A stretch of DNA of 50,801 bases from Bacilli bacterium (GTDB lineage: Bacteria > Bacillota_I > Bacilli_A > RF39 > UBA660), in assembly GCA_051872535.1 (NCBI GenBank), contig JBJEDY010000036.1:1-50801 (forward strand), read 5' to 3'. The first letter of the stretch is position 1. Each line of letters begins with the position of its first letter. The notes beneath the pieces were generated by a model. That model was given only the letters and a program-made list of their open reading frames with translations, ran no database searches and had not been told where the DNA came from. Shown here piece by piece: positions 27,729 through 36,569 of the stretch. The position numbers and the translations under genes were made by a program.

Positions 27729-28280
27729 TTATTTTCTATTAAAGTCATTCATTGTTTTATCAATTCCATTAATGATAAAGCTATTTATAATATTGGCAAA
27801 TTTTGTTTTATTATCATCAATATAATCTAACTCTTCTTTTGTAAATTTACCTAAAACATAATCTTTAGTATCAATCATTTTATTATTTGATATTCCAAAT
27901 TTAAAACGACAATATAAATCTGAATTTAAACATTTTGTAATTGACTTAATTCCATTATGGCCACCAGAACTAGATAAATGTTTTAATTTAATATGGCCAA
28001 ACTCCATATCCAAGTCATCATGAATAACTAAAATGTCATTAACATCTACCTTAAAATAATTAACTACTTCTAATACAGATGAACCAGATAAATTCATATA
28101 TGTTTGAGGTTTTAAAAATATAACTTTTTCTCCTTTAACTATACAAGTATAATATAGACCTAAAAACTTTTCTTTCCATTCAACATTTCCTAGATAATTA
28201 TCAAGAATCATAAAGCCAATATTATGTCTTGTGTTTTTATATTCTCGGCCTGGATTACCAAGTCCAACTATAAGTTTCAT
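27729..28280 (-). CDS. pth: Peptidyl-tRNA hydrolase
   Basis: MKLIVGLGNPG..Y..TRHN.GF and GGHNG.KS are present. Confidence 0.95.
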   Translation of the reverse strand: MKLIVGLGNPGREYKNTRHNIGFMILDNYLGNVEWKEKFLGLYYTCIVKGEKVIFLKPQTYMNLSGSSVLEVVNYFKVDVNDILVIHDDLDMEFGHIKLKHLSSSGGHNGIKSITKCLNSDLYCRFKFGISNNKMIDTKDYVLGKFTKEELDYIDDNKTKFANIINSFIINGIDKTMNDFNRK

Positions 28281-28283
28281 AAT

Positions 28284-28997
28284 TCACCTCTTATCAAATA
28301 TTTTTTTATAAGATTTATGTTCTAAGACATTAAGTGGAGGATTAATTTTTACCCCAATTTGACCATTTTTTACTGCTTTTATTAATACCATTATAGCTTC
28401 TTTATCATAACTTGAATAGATAAATTGTAGTTTCTTTACAGCAAATTTGTATTTAGAAAGATAATTAATAATCTCTTGTAAACGATCAGTTCTATGGACA
28501 ATATATAAAGTCCCTTTATTTTTTAAAATGTATTTTGCCGAAACCATAATATCTTCTAAACTTGTTGCTATTTCATGTCTAGCAATCGCTTTTTCATCGT
28601 TAATATTAATTATTGAGTTTTTATTATATTTAAAATATGGAGGATTGCAAGTAACTATATCAACACTTTCTGGCAATATATAATTAAATGTATCTCTTAA
28701 ATTAGCGTTAACAATTTTTATTTGATTATCTAGTTTATTCTCTATAACAGATAAATAACCTAAATCATATATACTTTTTTGCAGTTCAAAACCATATATT
28801 TTCGCTTTCGTTTTTGTCGATAAAATAAGAGGTACTGGTGCATTACCAGTACAGAAATCAACTATTAAAGATGTACTTTCTTTCAATTCAACAAACTCTG
28901 CTAGTAAAATTGAATCAAGTGAAAATTTAAACTTATCTTCATATTGATAAATAGATAATCCTTCATAATCATATAAATCATTTTTAACTCTACTCAT
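28284..28997 (-). CDS. SAM-dependent methyltransferase, YabB/tRNA1(Val) m6A37 methyltransferase-like
   Basis: DFCTGNAP (motif I) and VTCNPPYF (motif IV) are present. The position after ricT matches B. subtilis yabB. Confidence 0.7.
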   Translation of the reverse strand: MSRVKNDLYDYEGLSIYQYEDKFKFSLDSILLAEFVELKESTSLIVDFCTGNAPVPLILSTKTKAKIYGFELQKSIYDLGYLSVIENKLDNQIKIVNANLRDTFNYILPESVDIVTCNPPYFKYNKNSIININDEKAIARHEIATSLEDIMVSAKYILKNKGTLYIVHRTDRLQEIINYLSKYKFAVKKLQFIYSSYDKEAIMVLIKAVKNGQIGVKINPPLNVLEHKSYKKIFDKR

Positions 28998-29778
28998 CTT
29001 TTAAATTTCCTAACTCAATTTTTTTTATATCATTATCAATATCAACTTTATAAATTCTGTTCAAAATATCGACAAAAACAACTTTTCCATTACCATATTT
29101 AGTATTAACTGTTTGGCCTATAAATGGCATTCCATTTTGACATCTTGCATATTCATCATTTTCATAGGCAAGACAACAAAGTAATCTTCCACAGGCACCA
29201 TTTATTTTTGATGGATTTAAAGCAATATTTTGATTCTTTGCCATATTCATAGTTATAGAATCAATATGATTTAAAAACTTTGAACAACAAAGCTCACGAC
29301 CACAAACACCCAAACCAGAAACTTCTCTTGCTTTATCACGAGCACCAATTTGTCTTAATTCAATTCTAGTGCGATATATTCCAGCTAATTTTTTAGCCAA
29401 TTCTCTAAAATCAACGCGATCATCAGCATAGAAATTAATAAGCAATTGTTTTCTATCAAAAGTAAATGATGAGTCAACAACACGCATTTCAAGATTTAGA
29501 GAAGAAGCAAGTTTCTTGCAAGTTTCTGTTACTTCCATAGCTAAAGATTTATTTTTTAAGTACATCTCAAAATCCTCTTCTGTAGCTTTTCTAATTACAG
29601 GTTTCATTGCTTCAAAATCTAATTCTTGAGAATTTTTTATCACAACAACTTTTCCATATTGTAATCCTTTTTCTGTTTCAACAATAACATAATCAAATAT
29701 ATTTGTTTCTACATCATTCTTTGCAAAATAATAAATTTTCCCATCATTTTTAAAAGATATTCCATATACATCATTCAT
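28990..29778 (-). CDS. ricT: PSP1-domain protein RicT/YaaT
   Basis: The PSP1 core is RIELRQIGARD.A....G.G.CGRELCC..FL, with GACGRLLCCL. The gene lies downstream of holB. Confidence 0.88.
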   Translation of the reverse strand: MNDVYGISFKNDGKIYYFAKNDVETNIFDYVIVETEKGLQYGKVVVIKNSQELDFEAMKPVIRKATEEDFEMYLKNKSLAMEVTETCKKLASSLNLEMRVVDSSFTFDRKQLLINFYADDRVDFRELAKKLAGIYRTRIELRQIGARDKAREVSGLGVCGRELCCSKFLNHIDSITMNMAKNQNIALNPSKINGACGRLLCCLAYENDEYARCQNGMPFIGQTVNTKYGNGKVVFVDILNRIYKVDIDNDIKKIELGNLKDE

Positions 29779-30598
29779 ACATATTCCTCAATTCTACCGC
29801 AAAGCAAATTATAAACATTTCTATATTAACATTAGCATTAAGTTTAATCAAAGCATTATTAAATAAATCTATTAGATTTTTATTTTTAATTTTATTTAAT
29901 AATAGATTAATATATTGATTATTACTTTTATGAATTAAACAATTATTAATTTCATAAATATAGTTTTCAAATAAATTAATAAGTTTTTTTCTTTCTATTT
30001 CCGGATTTCTACTTAATAAATCTTTATAAATAAAAGCTGGTTCTTTATTTTCAACAATTATATAGCGGACAATATCATCTATTAAAGTATTATTTATTTC
30101 TACTACTTTCGTATCTTCGTTATATAAAACATTAACTATTTCACATCTACTCTTAACCGTTGAAATAACTTTTTCAGAATTATCTGTAATATAAAACCCT
30201 ATTATATTAGGTTCTGGTTCTTCCAAAAATTTTAAAATAGAATTAGCACTACTACTATTTAAGCAATCACAATGATTAATTATATAAATACTATATTTGG
30301 CATATATAGACTTCGTTAAAAACCTACTTTTTAAATCTAATATTTGCTGCTTTTTAATATTTAAACCATCTGGTTCTATATAGACGATATCTGGAAGATT
30401 TTTTTTATCAACCAAATTACAAATATTACAAAGAGAACAATCTGATTTATATTTACTTTCACAAAGAATGGCTTTTATAAAAATATGTAAATCTTCATGT
30501 AACTTATTAAAATCATTGGTGTTAAACAAATATGCATGTGCTAACTTATTATTTAAAAATCTATCATATAAATCTTTAAAGATTAAGTTATTAAACAT
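29771..30598 (-). CDS. holB: DNA polymerase III delta' subunit
   Basis: LAHAYLF and LKFLEEPEPN are present, and the holB-ricT synteny fits. Confidence 0.75.
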   Translation of the reverse strand: MFNNLIFKDLYDRFLNNKLAHAYLFNTNDFNKLHEDLHIFIKAILCESKYKSDCSLCNICNLVDKKNLPDIVYIEPDGLNIKKQQILDLKSRFLTKSIYAKYSIYIINHCDCLNSSSANSILKFLEEPEPNIIGFYITDNSEKVISTVKSRCEIVNVLYNEDTKVVEINNTLIDDIVRYIIVENKEPAFIYKDLLSRNPEIERKKLINLFENYIYEINNCLIHKSNNQYINLLLNKIKNKNLIDLFNNALIKLNANVNIEMFIICFAVELRNMYE

Positions 30599-30614
30599 AA
30601 TACCACCAACAACA

Positions 30615-30797
30615 TTATAAAATAAAATTAATAATAATTAAAGAAGCTAATCCAGGTACTCCTAAAAAAGTTAATAAACCAACTGAAAAAAAGTTAATTG
30701 GTATCACAAAATTAACACTAATAGTTATTAAATTAAGACAGTATAAAAAAAGAATTGAAAAAACCACTTTTTTAACGAAATGAAATATTTTTTTCAT
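30615..30797 (-). CDS. bofA: Pro-sigmaK processing inhibitor BofA family
   Basis: The C-terminal VIPINFFSVGLLTFLGVPGLASLIIINFIL parallels B. subtilis BofA (HVPINLVTTAISGILGIPGIAALVV). The gene lies downstream of recR. Confidence 0.75.
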   Translation of the reverse strand: MKKIFHFVKKVVFSILFLYCLNLITISVNFVIPINFFSVGLLTFLGVPGLASLIIINFIL

Positions 30798-30842
30798 CTT
30801 ATCACCTTTTTTTAATAGTATGAAAAAAAGAAAAATAATATG

Positions 30843-31439
30843 CTAAGATATTATTTTTCTATCACTTAATGCTCTATCTAAAGTTAATTCATCAAGATAA
30901 TCAATTTCAGCACCCATTGGAATACCATAAGATAAACGAGAAATATTTACTTTTTTCTTTTCAAATATTTTTTTAATATATAAAGTTGTAGCTTCACCTT
31001 CTAGACTTGACTTCAAAGCAACAATAATCTCTGGATTTTCTAACTTTTCAACTCGAGAAATTAATGTTGATAGATTAATATCTTCTGGTCCAATATTATC
31101 TATTGGAGATATTAAACCATTCAAAATATGATAAGTGCCATTATAATTACCTACTTTTTCAATTGCATAAAGACTTTTATAATCTTCTAAAACACAAATT
31201 AAATTTTTATCTCTTTCAGAATCATCACAAATATTACATATTTCCTTATCTGTAATATTTCCACAAATTGGACATTTATGTAATGTTGATTTACATCCTA
31301 ATATTGATTTAGAAAAACCATTTGCATCTTCATCTGACATATCTAAAAGAAAAAAAGCTAATCTTTCTGCACTTTTTTCACCAATACCTGGAAATTTTTT
31401 AAAATATTCAATTGCTTTTGCTAATACTACTGGATACAT
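30843..31439 (-). CDS. recR: Recombination protein RecR
   Basis: FPGIG.KSAERLAFFLL is present, with a C4 zinc finger (CPICGN...CNIC) and a Toprim segment. Confidence 0.95.
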   Translation of the reverse strand: MYPVVLAKAIEYFKKFPGIGEKSAERLAFFLLDMSDEDANGFSKSILGCKSTLHKCPICGNITDKEICNICDDSERDKNLICVLEDYKSLYAIEKVGNYNGTYHILNGLISPIDNIGPEDINLSTLISRVEKLENPEIIVALKSSLEGEATTLYIKKIFEKKKVNISRLSYGIPMGAEIDYLDELTLDRALSDRKIIS

Positions 31440-31441
31440 TA

Positions 31442-31741
31442 TTATAATAACCCATTAAGTTGGCTACTATAAGCACCTAACTTATCTGATACTTCCTTAT
31501 CAATTTGATTTAAACTATCATTAATAGCAATCTTAATCATATCTTCTAAAACTTCCAAATCCTCAGCATCCAATGAAGAATTTTTATTAATAGTAATTGA
31601 TACCATTTCTTTTTTACCATTAAATACAACTTCTACTAATTCTGATTTTCCTGTAAATAATTTTTTATTAATTTCCTCTTTTTTATTCATAATATCTTTT
31701 TGCATTTTTTGAGCTTGTGCCATTAAAGCTTGCATATTCAT
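31442..31741 (-). CDS. ybaB: YbaB/EbfC nucleoid-associated protein
   Basis: MQALMAQAQKMQKD is present, the protein is about 99 aa, and it lies between dnaX and recR. Confidence 0.9.
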   Translation of the reverse strand: MNMQALMAQAQKMQKDIMNKKEEINKKLFTGKSELVEVVFNGKKEMVSITINKNSSLDAEDLEVLEDMIKIAINDSLNQIDKEVSDKLGAYSSQLNGLL

Positions 31742-31756
31742 AATAATTCCTCTTTC

Positions 31757-33382
31757 CTATTCATACTCAACTATACTAGAATCAAATAAATCCTCAGCAA
31801 TAACATTAAGTTCATTATCATCACTTTCTGATTCATTATCATCTTGTATGGAAGTATCATTTTCATTTATATACTCATATATGATACCATCTTTTTTATT
31901 TTTTTTAAATACATCCATATTATAATTCCATTTTTCTTCTGTTAAACAAACAAATTTATAATTTTTATTAGTATAATTAGCAAATTCTTCACTAATAACA
32001 TTAAGTTTTTTGTTTATTAAGGTACAAGTCGAATCATTCTTATCAACTAAAACAGCATATTCATCTGATGCAAGTACTATACTTGAATCTACAAAAATTG
32101 AATATAAACTTTTGTTACTTAAAGAAATTTGTTCTAAGAAACTTTCCCAAATATTAATTAAATCAGCTTTAAATTGCTTATTTGCTTTCACAAAGCAATT
32201 ATTTACTCTTATTTCAATAACTTGATCTGACATAACATTTAATAATTGATCTTTATTTGCTTCTTGAATATTTTCATTTTCAGAAGCTTTTTCATCTTCA
32301 ATTATTTCCCGGGAAATAATTTCATCTTCTTTTTTTTCAAAATTATTTCCCGGGAAATAATTTTGATCTGTTTTCATATACTTAATCATTGTTAGTTCAA
32401 TTAATATATATGGGTTTAAATTAATATTAGCGGAATTTAAGCAATCATTTAAAGAAACTATTAATTCATAGATTAAATCAAATGAGACACTATTCTTTCC
32501 AACTTTTGATTGTAACGCTAATTCTTTCAGTTTGTTGATAATTTTTTCAATTAATACTACATAATTAATACCATTTTCTTTAAACTCATTTATTATTAAA
32601 CAAACATTATTTATATCACCATTTATAAAAGAATTAATTAACCCTTCAATTTTAATAGAAGAAACAGTACCAAAATTTTGATAAACATCATCTATACTTA
32701 TTTCTGATTTAGTTGAAGATAATTGATCAAGTATACTTAATGCATCTCTTAAACCACCGTTTGCAACATAAGCAATTTCTTTTAAAGCTTCGTCAGTAAT
32801 AGAAATATTTTCATTTTTACAAATAAACATTAAACGATCAAATATTTTTTCTTCAGATATAGGTTTAAAATCAAATCTTTGACATCTAGATAAAATAGTA
32901 ACTGGAACATTTTGAACATCAGTAGTAGCTAAAATAAATACAACATTTCCTGGTGGTTCTTCCAATGTAAGAAGTAAAGCGTTAAAAGCACTTGTTGATA
33001 ACATATGAACTTCATCAATTATATAAACTTTATATTTAGAATAAGAAGGAGCTATTTTAACATTATTAATTAATTCTCGAATCTCATCAACACCGTTATT
33101 TGATGCTGCATCAATTTCAATAATATCTGGATTGTTATCATTAATACAACACGCACAATGACCACAAGGATTTCCATCTTTTAAATCAGTACAATTAATT
33201 GCCTTAGCAAATATTTTAGCTGTACTAGTTTTGCCCGTTCCACGAGGACCAGTAAATATGTAAGCATGAGCTATTTTATCTGAAGTTATTGCATTTTTTA
33301 ATACTTGCATTGAATAATCTTGGCCTGAAACATCTGAAAAAGATTGTGGTCGGTACTTTCTATAAAGAACTTTATAATCCAT
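31757..33382 (-). CDS. dnaX: DNA polymerase III subunit gamma/tau
   Basis: YRKYRPQ.F, HAYIFTGPRGTGKTS, LLTLEEPP and a zinc module (CGHCACC) are present. The variable linker contains two palindromic-repeat copies. Confidence 0.95.
   Translation of the reverse strand: MDYKVLYRKYRPQSFSDVSGQDYSMQVLKNAITSDKIAHAYIFTGPRGTGKTSTAKIFAKAINCTDLKDGNPCGHCACCINDNNPDIIEIDAASNNGVDEIRELINNVKIAPSYSKYKVYIIDEVHMLSTSAFNALLLTLEEPPGNVVFILATTDVQNVPVTILSRCQRFDFKPISEEKIFDRLMFICKNENISITDEALKEIAYVANGGLRDALSILDQLSSTKSEISIDDVYQNFGTVSSIKIEGLINSFINGDINNVCLIINEFKENGINYVVLIEKIINKLKELALQSKVGKNSVSFDLIYELIVSLNDCLNSANINLNPYILIELTMIKYMKTDQNYFPGNNFEKKEDEIISREIIEDEKASENENIQEANKDQLLNVMSDQVIEIRVNNCFVKANKQFKADLINIWESFLEQISLSNKSLYSIFVDSSIVLASDEYAVLVDKNDSTCTLINKKLNVISEEFANYTNKNYKFVCLTEEKWNYNMDVFKKNKKDGIIYEYINENDTSIQDDNESESDDNELNVIAEDLFDSSIVEYE
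32300..32321. repeat. Palindrome AATTATTTCCCGGGAAATAATT (family copy 2, inside dnaX)
   Basis: This is a perfect 22-bp palindrome. It is flanked by the 9-bp direct repeat TTCATCTTC (32291..32299 and 32321..32329). It encodes IISREII. Confidence 0.9.
32339..32364. repeat. Palindrome AAAATTATTTCCCGGGAAATAATTTT (family copy 3, inside dnaX)
   Basis: This perfect 26-bp palindrome is identical to the copy at 33997..34022. It is read in a different frame from copy 2 and encodes NYFPGNNF. Confidence 0.9.
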
Positions 33383-33435
33383 AAAAAAAACTCCTCTTTC
33401 ACTGTATAAATTATACCACAGAATAGAGTAGATTG

Positions 33436-33852
33436 TTATCTTTTATCTTTAAAAAAATCACTTAATATTTGCTGATATTCTTTTTTATATTCAATACTAT
33501 TAATTTCCGTCATGTTGTCGATAATTTTTTTTGTTCTTTGACAATCAAGAAGATAAAAAACATGATTAATTCTTGATTCTTCAATTATTCTTTGACACAT
33601 TTCACATGGTTTAAGAGATACATACATATAATATCCATCTAATCGCCAATCTTTTATCTTTTTTTCTGCTTTTTCTATTGCATTTATTTCAGCATGACCT
33701 AAAACGCTATATTTTTTTCGGCGATTATTCATACTCTGGGAAATAATATGATTATCCTTATCAGTAATAATACAAGAAACAGGAACTTCATCTTGTTGTA
33801 CGTTTTTTAAAGCATTATTTATCAATTTTTTATATATTTTTTCTTTTTTCAT
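33436..33852 (-). CDS. tadA: tRNA-specific adenosine deaminase
   Basis: GHAEINAIEKA and PCEMC are present. A GGAG RBS precedes the ATG at 33852. The upstream part of the track ORF covers the ffs gene and is not coding. Confidence 0.88.
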   Translation of the reverse strand: MKKEKIYKKLINNALKNVQQDEVPVSCIITDKDNHIISQSMNNRRKKYSVLGHAEINAIEKAEKKIKDWRLDGYYMYVSLKPCEMCQRIIEESRINHVFYLLDCQRTKKIIDNMTEINSIEYKKEYQQILSDFFKDKR

Positions 33853-33864
33853 AAGTACTCCATT

Positions 33865-33942
33865 AAAAAAGTGCACACAAACATTAATTATTAAAGCTGC
33901 TATCTTCCGATTCTGACTTGGTTCTAATATGTTTGTTGCACG
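33865..33942 (-). ncRNA. ffs: Signal recognition particle RNA, small (4.5S-type)
   Basis: The minus strand reads ...GAACCAAGUCAGAAUCGGAAGAUAGCAGCUUUAAUAA..., matching the domain IV consensus CCAuGUCAGGUCCGGAAGGAAGCAGC. It is closed by GUGCAACAAACAU / AUGUUUGUGUGCAC and followed by U6. An upstream promoter has TTGAAA, a 17-nt spacer and TGATAATAT (33948..33976). Confidence 0.75.
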
Positions 33943-33996
33943 TATTAATATTATCATTTATTATTTTATTTTTCAATTTTATTTATATAATTGTAT

Positions 33997-34022
33997 AAAA
34001 TTATTTCCCGGGAAATAATTTT
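33997..34022. repeat. Palindrome AAAATTATTTCCCGGGAAATAATTTT (family copy 4, gyrA-ffs intergenic)
   Basis: This is a perfect 26-bp palindrome immediately upstream of the ffs promoter. Confidence 0.9.
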
Positions 34023-34048
34023 AATAATGTTTCACGTGAAACATTATT
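34023..34048. repeat. Palindrome AATAATGTTTCACGTGAAACATTATT (second family, copy 1)
   Basis: This is a perfect 26-bp palindrome. Its 18-nt core ATGTTTCACGTGAAACAT is shared with the copy at 34060..34087. Confidence 0.9.
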
Positions 34049-34059
34049 ATGCACATATT

Positions 34060-34087
34060 AAAAGATGTTTCACGTGAAACATCTTTT
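34060..34087 (-). terminator. Palindrome AAAAGATGTTTCACGTGAAACATCTTTT (second family, copy 2); probable gyrA terminator
   Basis: This perfect 28-bp palindrome starts 2 nt after the gyrA stop. On the minus strand its stem ends in TTTTAATAT. Confidence 0.6.
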
Positions 34088-34089
34088 AA

Positions 34090-36561
34090 TTATTCACCAG
34101 TTTTGTTTATGTCTGATAATATACTATTATTTTCTTCTATCTCATTATCATCTTTTTTATCTACCAAACTAATTGTAGAAACTTTTTGTCCTTCACGCAA
34201 ATTAATTAATCTAACACCTTGTGTAACACGTCCAAGAGTTGATATTTGATCAAGTGGCATTCTTATTACCATACCAGAATCAGTAATAATTATTACATCC
34301 TGATTTTCTGAAGTTACTTCAAAATCTGCAATTGGACCATTTTTTTCAGTAATACTTAATGCTTTAACACCTTTACTACCACGCTTAGTTTCTCTAAATT
34401 CACGAACGTTTGTTTTCTTTCCGTAACCTTTTTCAGTAACAATTAAAATAGAATCTTCATCTGTAGCAATTTCTGCTCCAATACAAGTACTGTCATCTAA
34501 ATCAATTCCTTTAACACCTGAAGCTGTTCTACCCATAACACGAACATTGTTTTCGTCAAATTTAACCATACGACCAGCAGATGATCCTAAAAGAACTGAA
34601 TTATTTCCATTAGTCTTTAATACTTGAATCAATTCATCATTTTCTCTAAGTGTGATGGCAATCTTACCATTAGTACGAATATTATCAAACTCAGATAATA
34701 TAGTTCTCTTAACAATACCATCTTTCGTAACAAATAATAAATACTTAGACTCATCTTCCTTAGAAACTTTAACAACTGACTTAATCATTTCATCCTTTTC
34801 GATTTGAAGTAAATTTACAATTGGAATACCTTTAGAAGTACGTCCAAATTCTGGAATCTCATAACCTTTAATACGATATACTTTACCTTTATTTGTAAAG
34901 AATAATACAAAATCATGTGTGGATAAATTAATCATATGTTTAACATAATCTTCCTCATTTGTGGACATTCCTTTAACTCCAACTCCACCACGATTTTGAG
35001 ATTTTACTGCATCAGATACAAATCTCTTAATATATCCATTATTTGTTAAAGAAATCATAATATTTTCTTCTGGAATTAATGATTCATCTTCAATAAATTC
35101 GATTGCTGTCATGTCAATCTTTGTTCTTCTTTCATCACCGAACTTATTCTTTATTTCTGTCATTTCTTCTTTGATTATATTATATACTTTTTCATCACTA
35201 GCTAAAATTGAGCGTAATTCAGCAATTTCTTTCATCAATTCAGCAAGTTCAGATTCAATTTTATCTCTTTCTAATCCAGTTAATCTACGTAATCTCATAT
35301 CTAGAATAGCTTGAGCTTGAATATCATCTAAACCAAATCTTTCAATTAATCCAGATTTCGCTTCTTGATCACTTTTAGAAGCTCTAATTAATTTAACAAC
35401 TTCATCAATATTATCTAAAGCAATCTTTAATCCTTCTAAAATATGTGCTCTTTCTTCTGCTTTCTTTAAATTATATTTAGTTCTACGTATAATAATTTCT
35501 TTCTGATATTCAACGTACTTAGAAATAATATCTTTAAGGCCTAAAGTTTTCGGAACACCTTGATCTAACATCAAAAAGATAATACCAAATGTTGTTTGAA
35601 AATCTGTATGTTTAAATAATTGATTTAAAACAACTTGAGGATTTGCATCTTTTTTTAAAGTAATAGTAATTTTTATACCATTTTTTAAATCTGAATGATA
35701 ATCTGAAATACCTTCAATAACTTTGTTATGCACTAATTCTGCAACCTTGTTCTTAAGATCTAAAGTATTAACACCATAAGGAACTTCATCAACTACAATA
35801 TAATGTCTTCCATTTTTTTCTTCAATAGTAGCTTTACTACGTATAGTAATTGATCCTCTTCCAGTTTCATAAGCTTTCTTTATTCCTGAGTTTCCAAGAA
35901 TAATTCCACCTGTAGGAAAATCTGGACCTTTAATAATTTGCATTAATTCTTCTAAAGTAATGTCTTTATTATCAATATATGCAATACAACCATCAATAAC
36001 TTCACATAAATTATGTGGTGGAATATTTGTTGCCATACCAACAGCAATACCCATTGTACCATTCACTAAAATATTAGGAAATCTTGATGGTAATATAGCT
36101 GGTTCTTTTTCACTATCATCAAAATTTGGAATCATATCAACAGTTTCTTTATTAATATCTCTTAATAATTCTAAAGACATCTTTGACAATCTTGATTCAG
36201 TATAACGCATCGCTGCAGCACCATAACCTTCTATATTACCAAAGTTACCATGCCCATCAACTAACATATAACGATAACTAAAATCTTGAGCCATTCTTAC
36301 CATAGCTTCATAAATACTTGAATCTCCATGAGGATGATATTTTCCCATTACATCCCCGACAATTCTTGCACTTTTTTTATGAGGTTTATCAGGAGTATAT
36401 CCAGATTCATACATTGAATACATTATTCTTCTATGAACTGGCTTTAAACCATCTCTTAAATCTGGTAAAGCTCTTGCTACAATGACACTCATTGAGTAAT
36501 CTAAAAATGAATCTCTAACTTCTTTTTCAATATTATTATTTTCTAATCTATCCATATCCAA
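34090..36561 (-). CDS. gyrA: DNA gyrase subunit A
   Basis: [14 protein letters not shown] and AAMRYTE (the active-site Tyr region) are present, with C-terminal beta-pinwheel repeats. Confidence 0.97.
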   Translation of the reverse strand: MDMDRLENNNIEKEVRDSFLDYSMSVIVARALPDLRDGLKPVHRRIMYSMYESGYTPDKPHKKSARIVGDVMGKYHPHGDSSIYEAMVRMAQDFSYRYMLVDGHGNFGNIEGYGAAAMRYTESRLSKMSLELLRDINKETVDMIPNFDDSEKEPAILPSRFPNILVNGTMGIAVGMATNIPPHNLCEVIDGCIAYIDNKDITLEELMQIIKGPDFPTGGIILGNSGIKKAYETGRGSITIRSKATIEEKNGRHYIVVDEVPYGVNTLDLKNKVAELVHNKVIEGISDYHSDLKNGIKITITLKKDANPQVVLNQLFKHTDFQTTFGIIFLMLDQGVPKTLGLKDIISKYVEYQKEIIIRRTKYNLKKAEERAHILEGLKIALDNIDEVVKLIRASKSDQEAKSGLIERFGLDDIQAQAILDMRLRRLTGLERDKIESELAELMKEIAELRSILASDEKVYNIIKEEMTEIKNKFGDERRTKIDMTAIEFIEDESLIPEENIMISLTNNGYIKRFVSDAVKSQNRGGVGVKGMSTNEEDYVKHMINLSTHDFVLFFTNKGKVYRIKGYEIPEFGRTSKGIPIVNLLQIEKDEMIKSVVKVSKEDESKYLLFVTKDGIVKRTILSEFDNIRTNGKIAITLRENDELIQVLKTNGNNSVLLGSSAGRMVKFDENNVRVMGRTASGVKGIDLDDSTCIGAEIATDEDSILIVTEKGYGKKTNVREFRETKRGSKGVKALSITEKNGPIADFEVTSENQDVIIITDSGMVIRMPLDQISTLGRVTQGVRLINLREGQKVSTISLVDKKDDNEIEENNSILSDINKTGE

Positions 36562-36569
36562 ATACCTCC

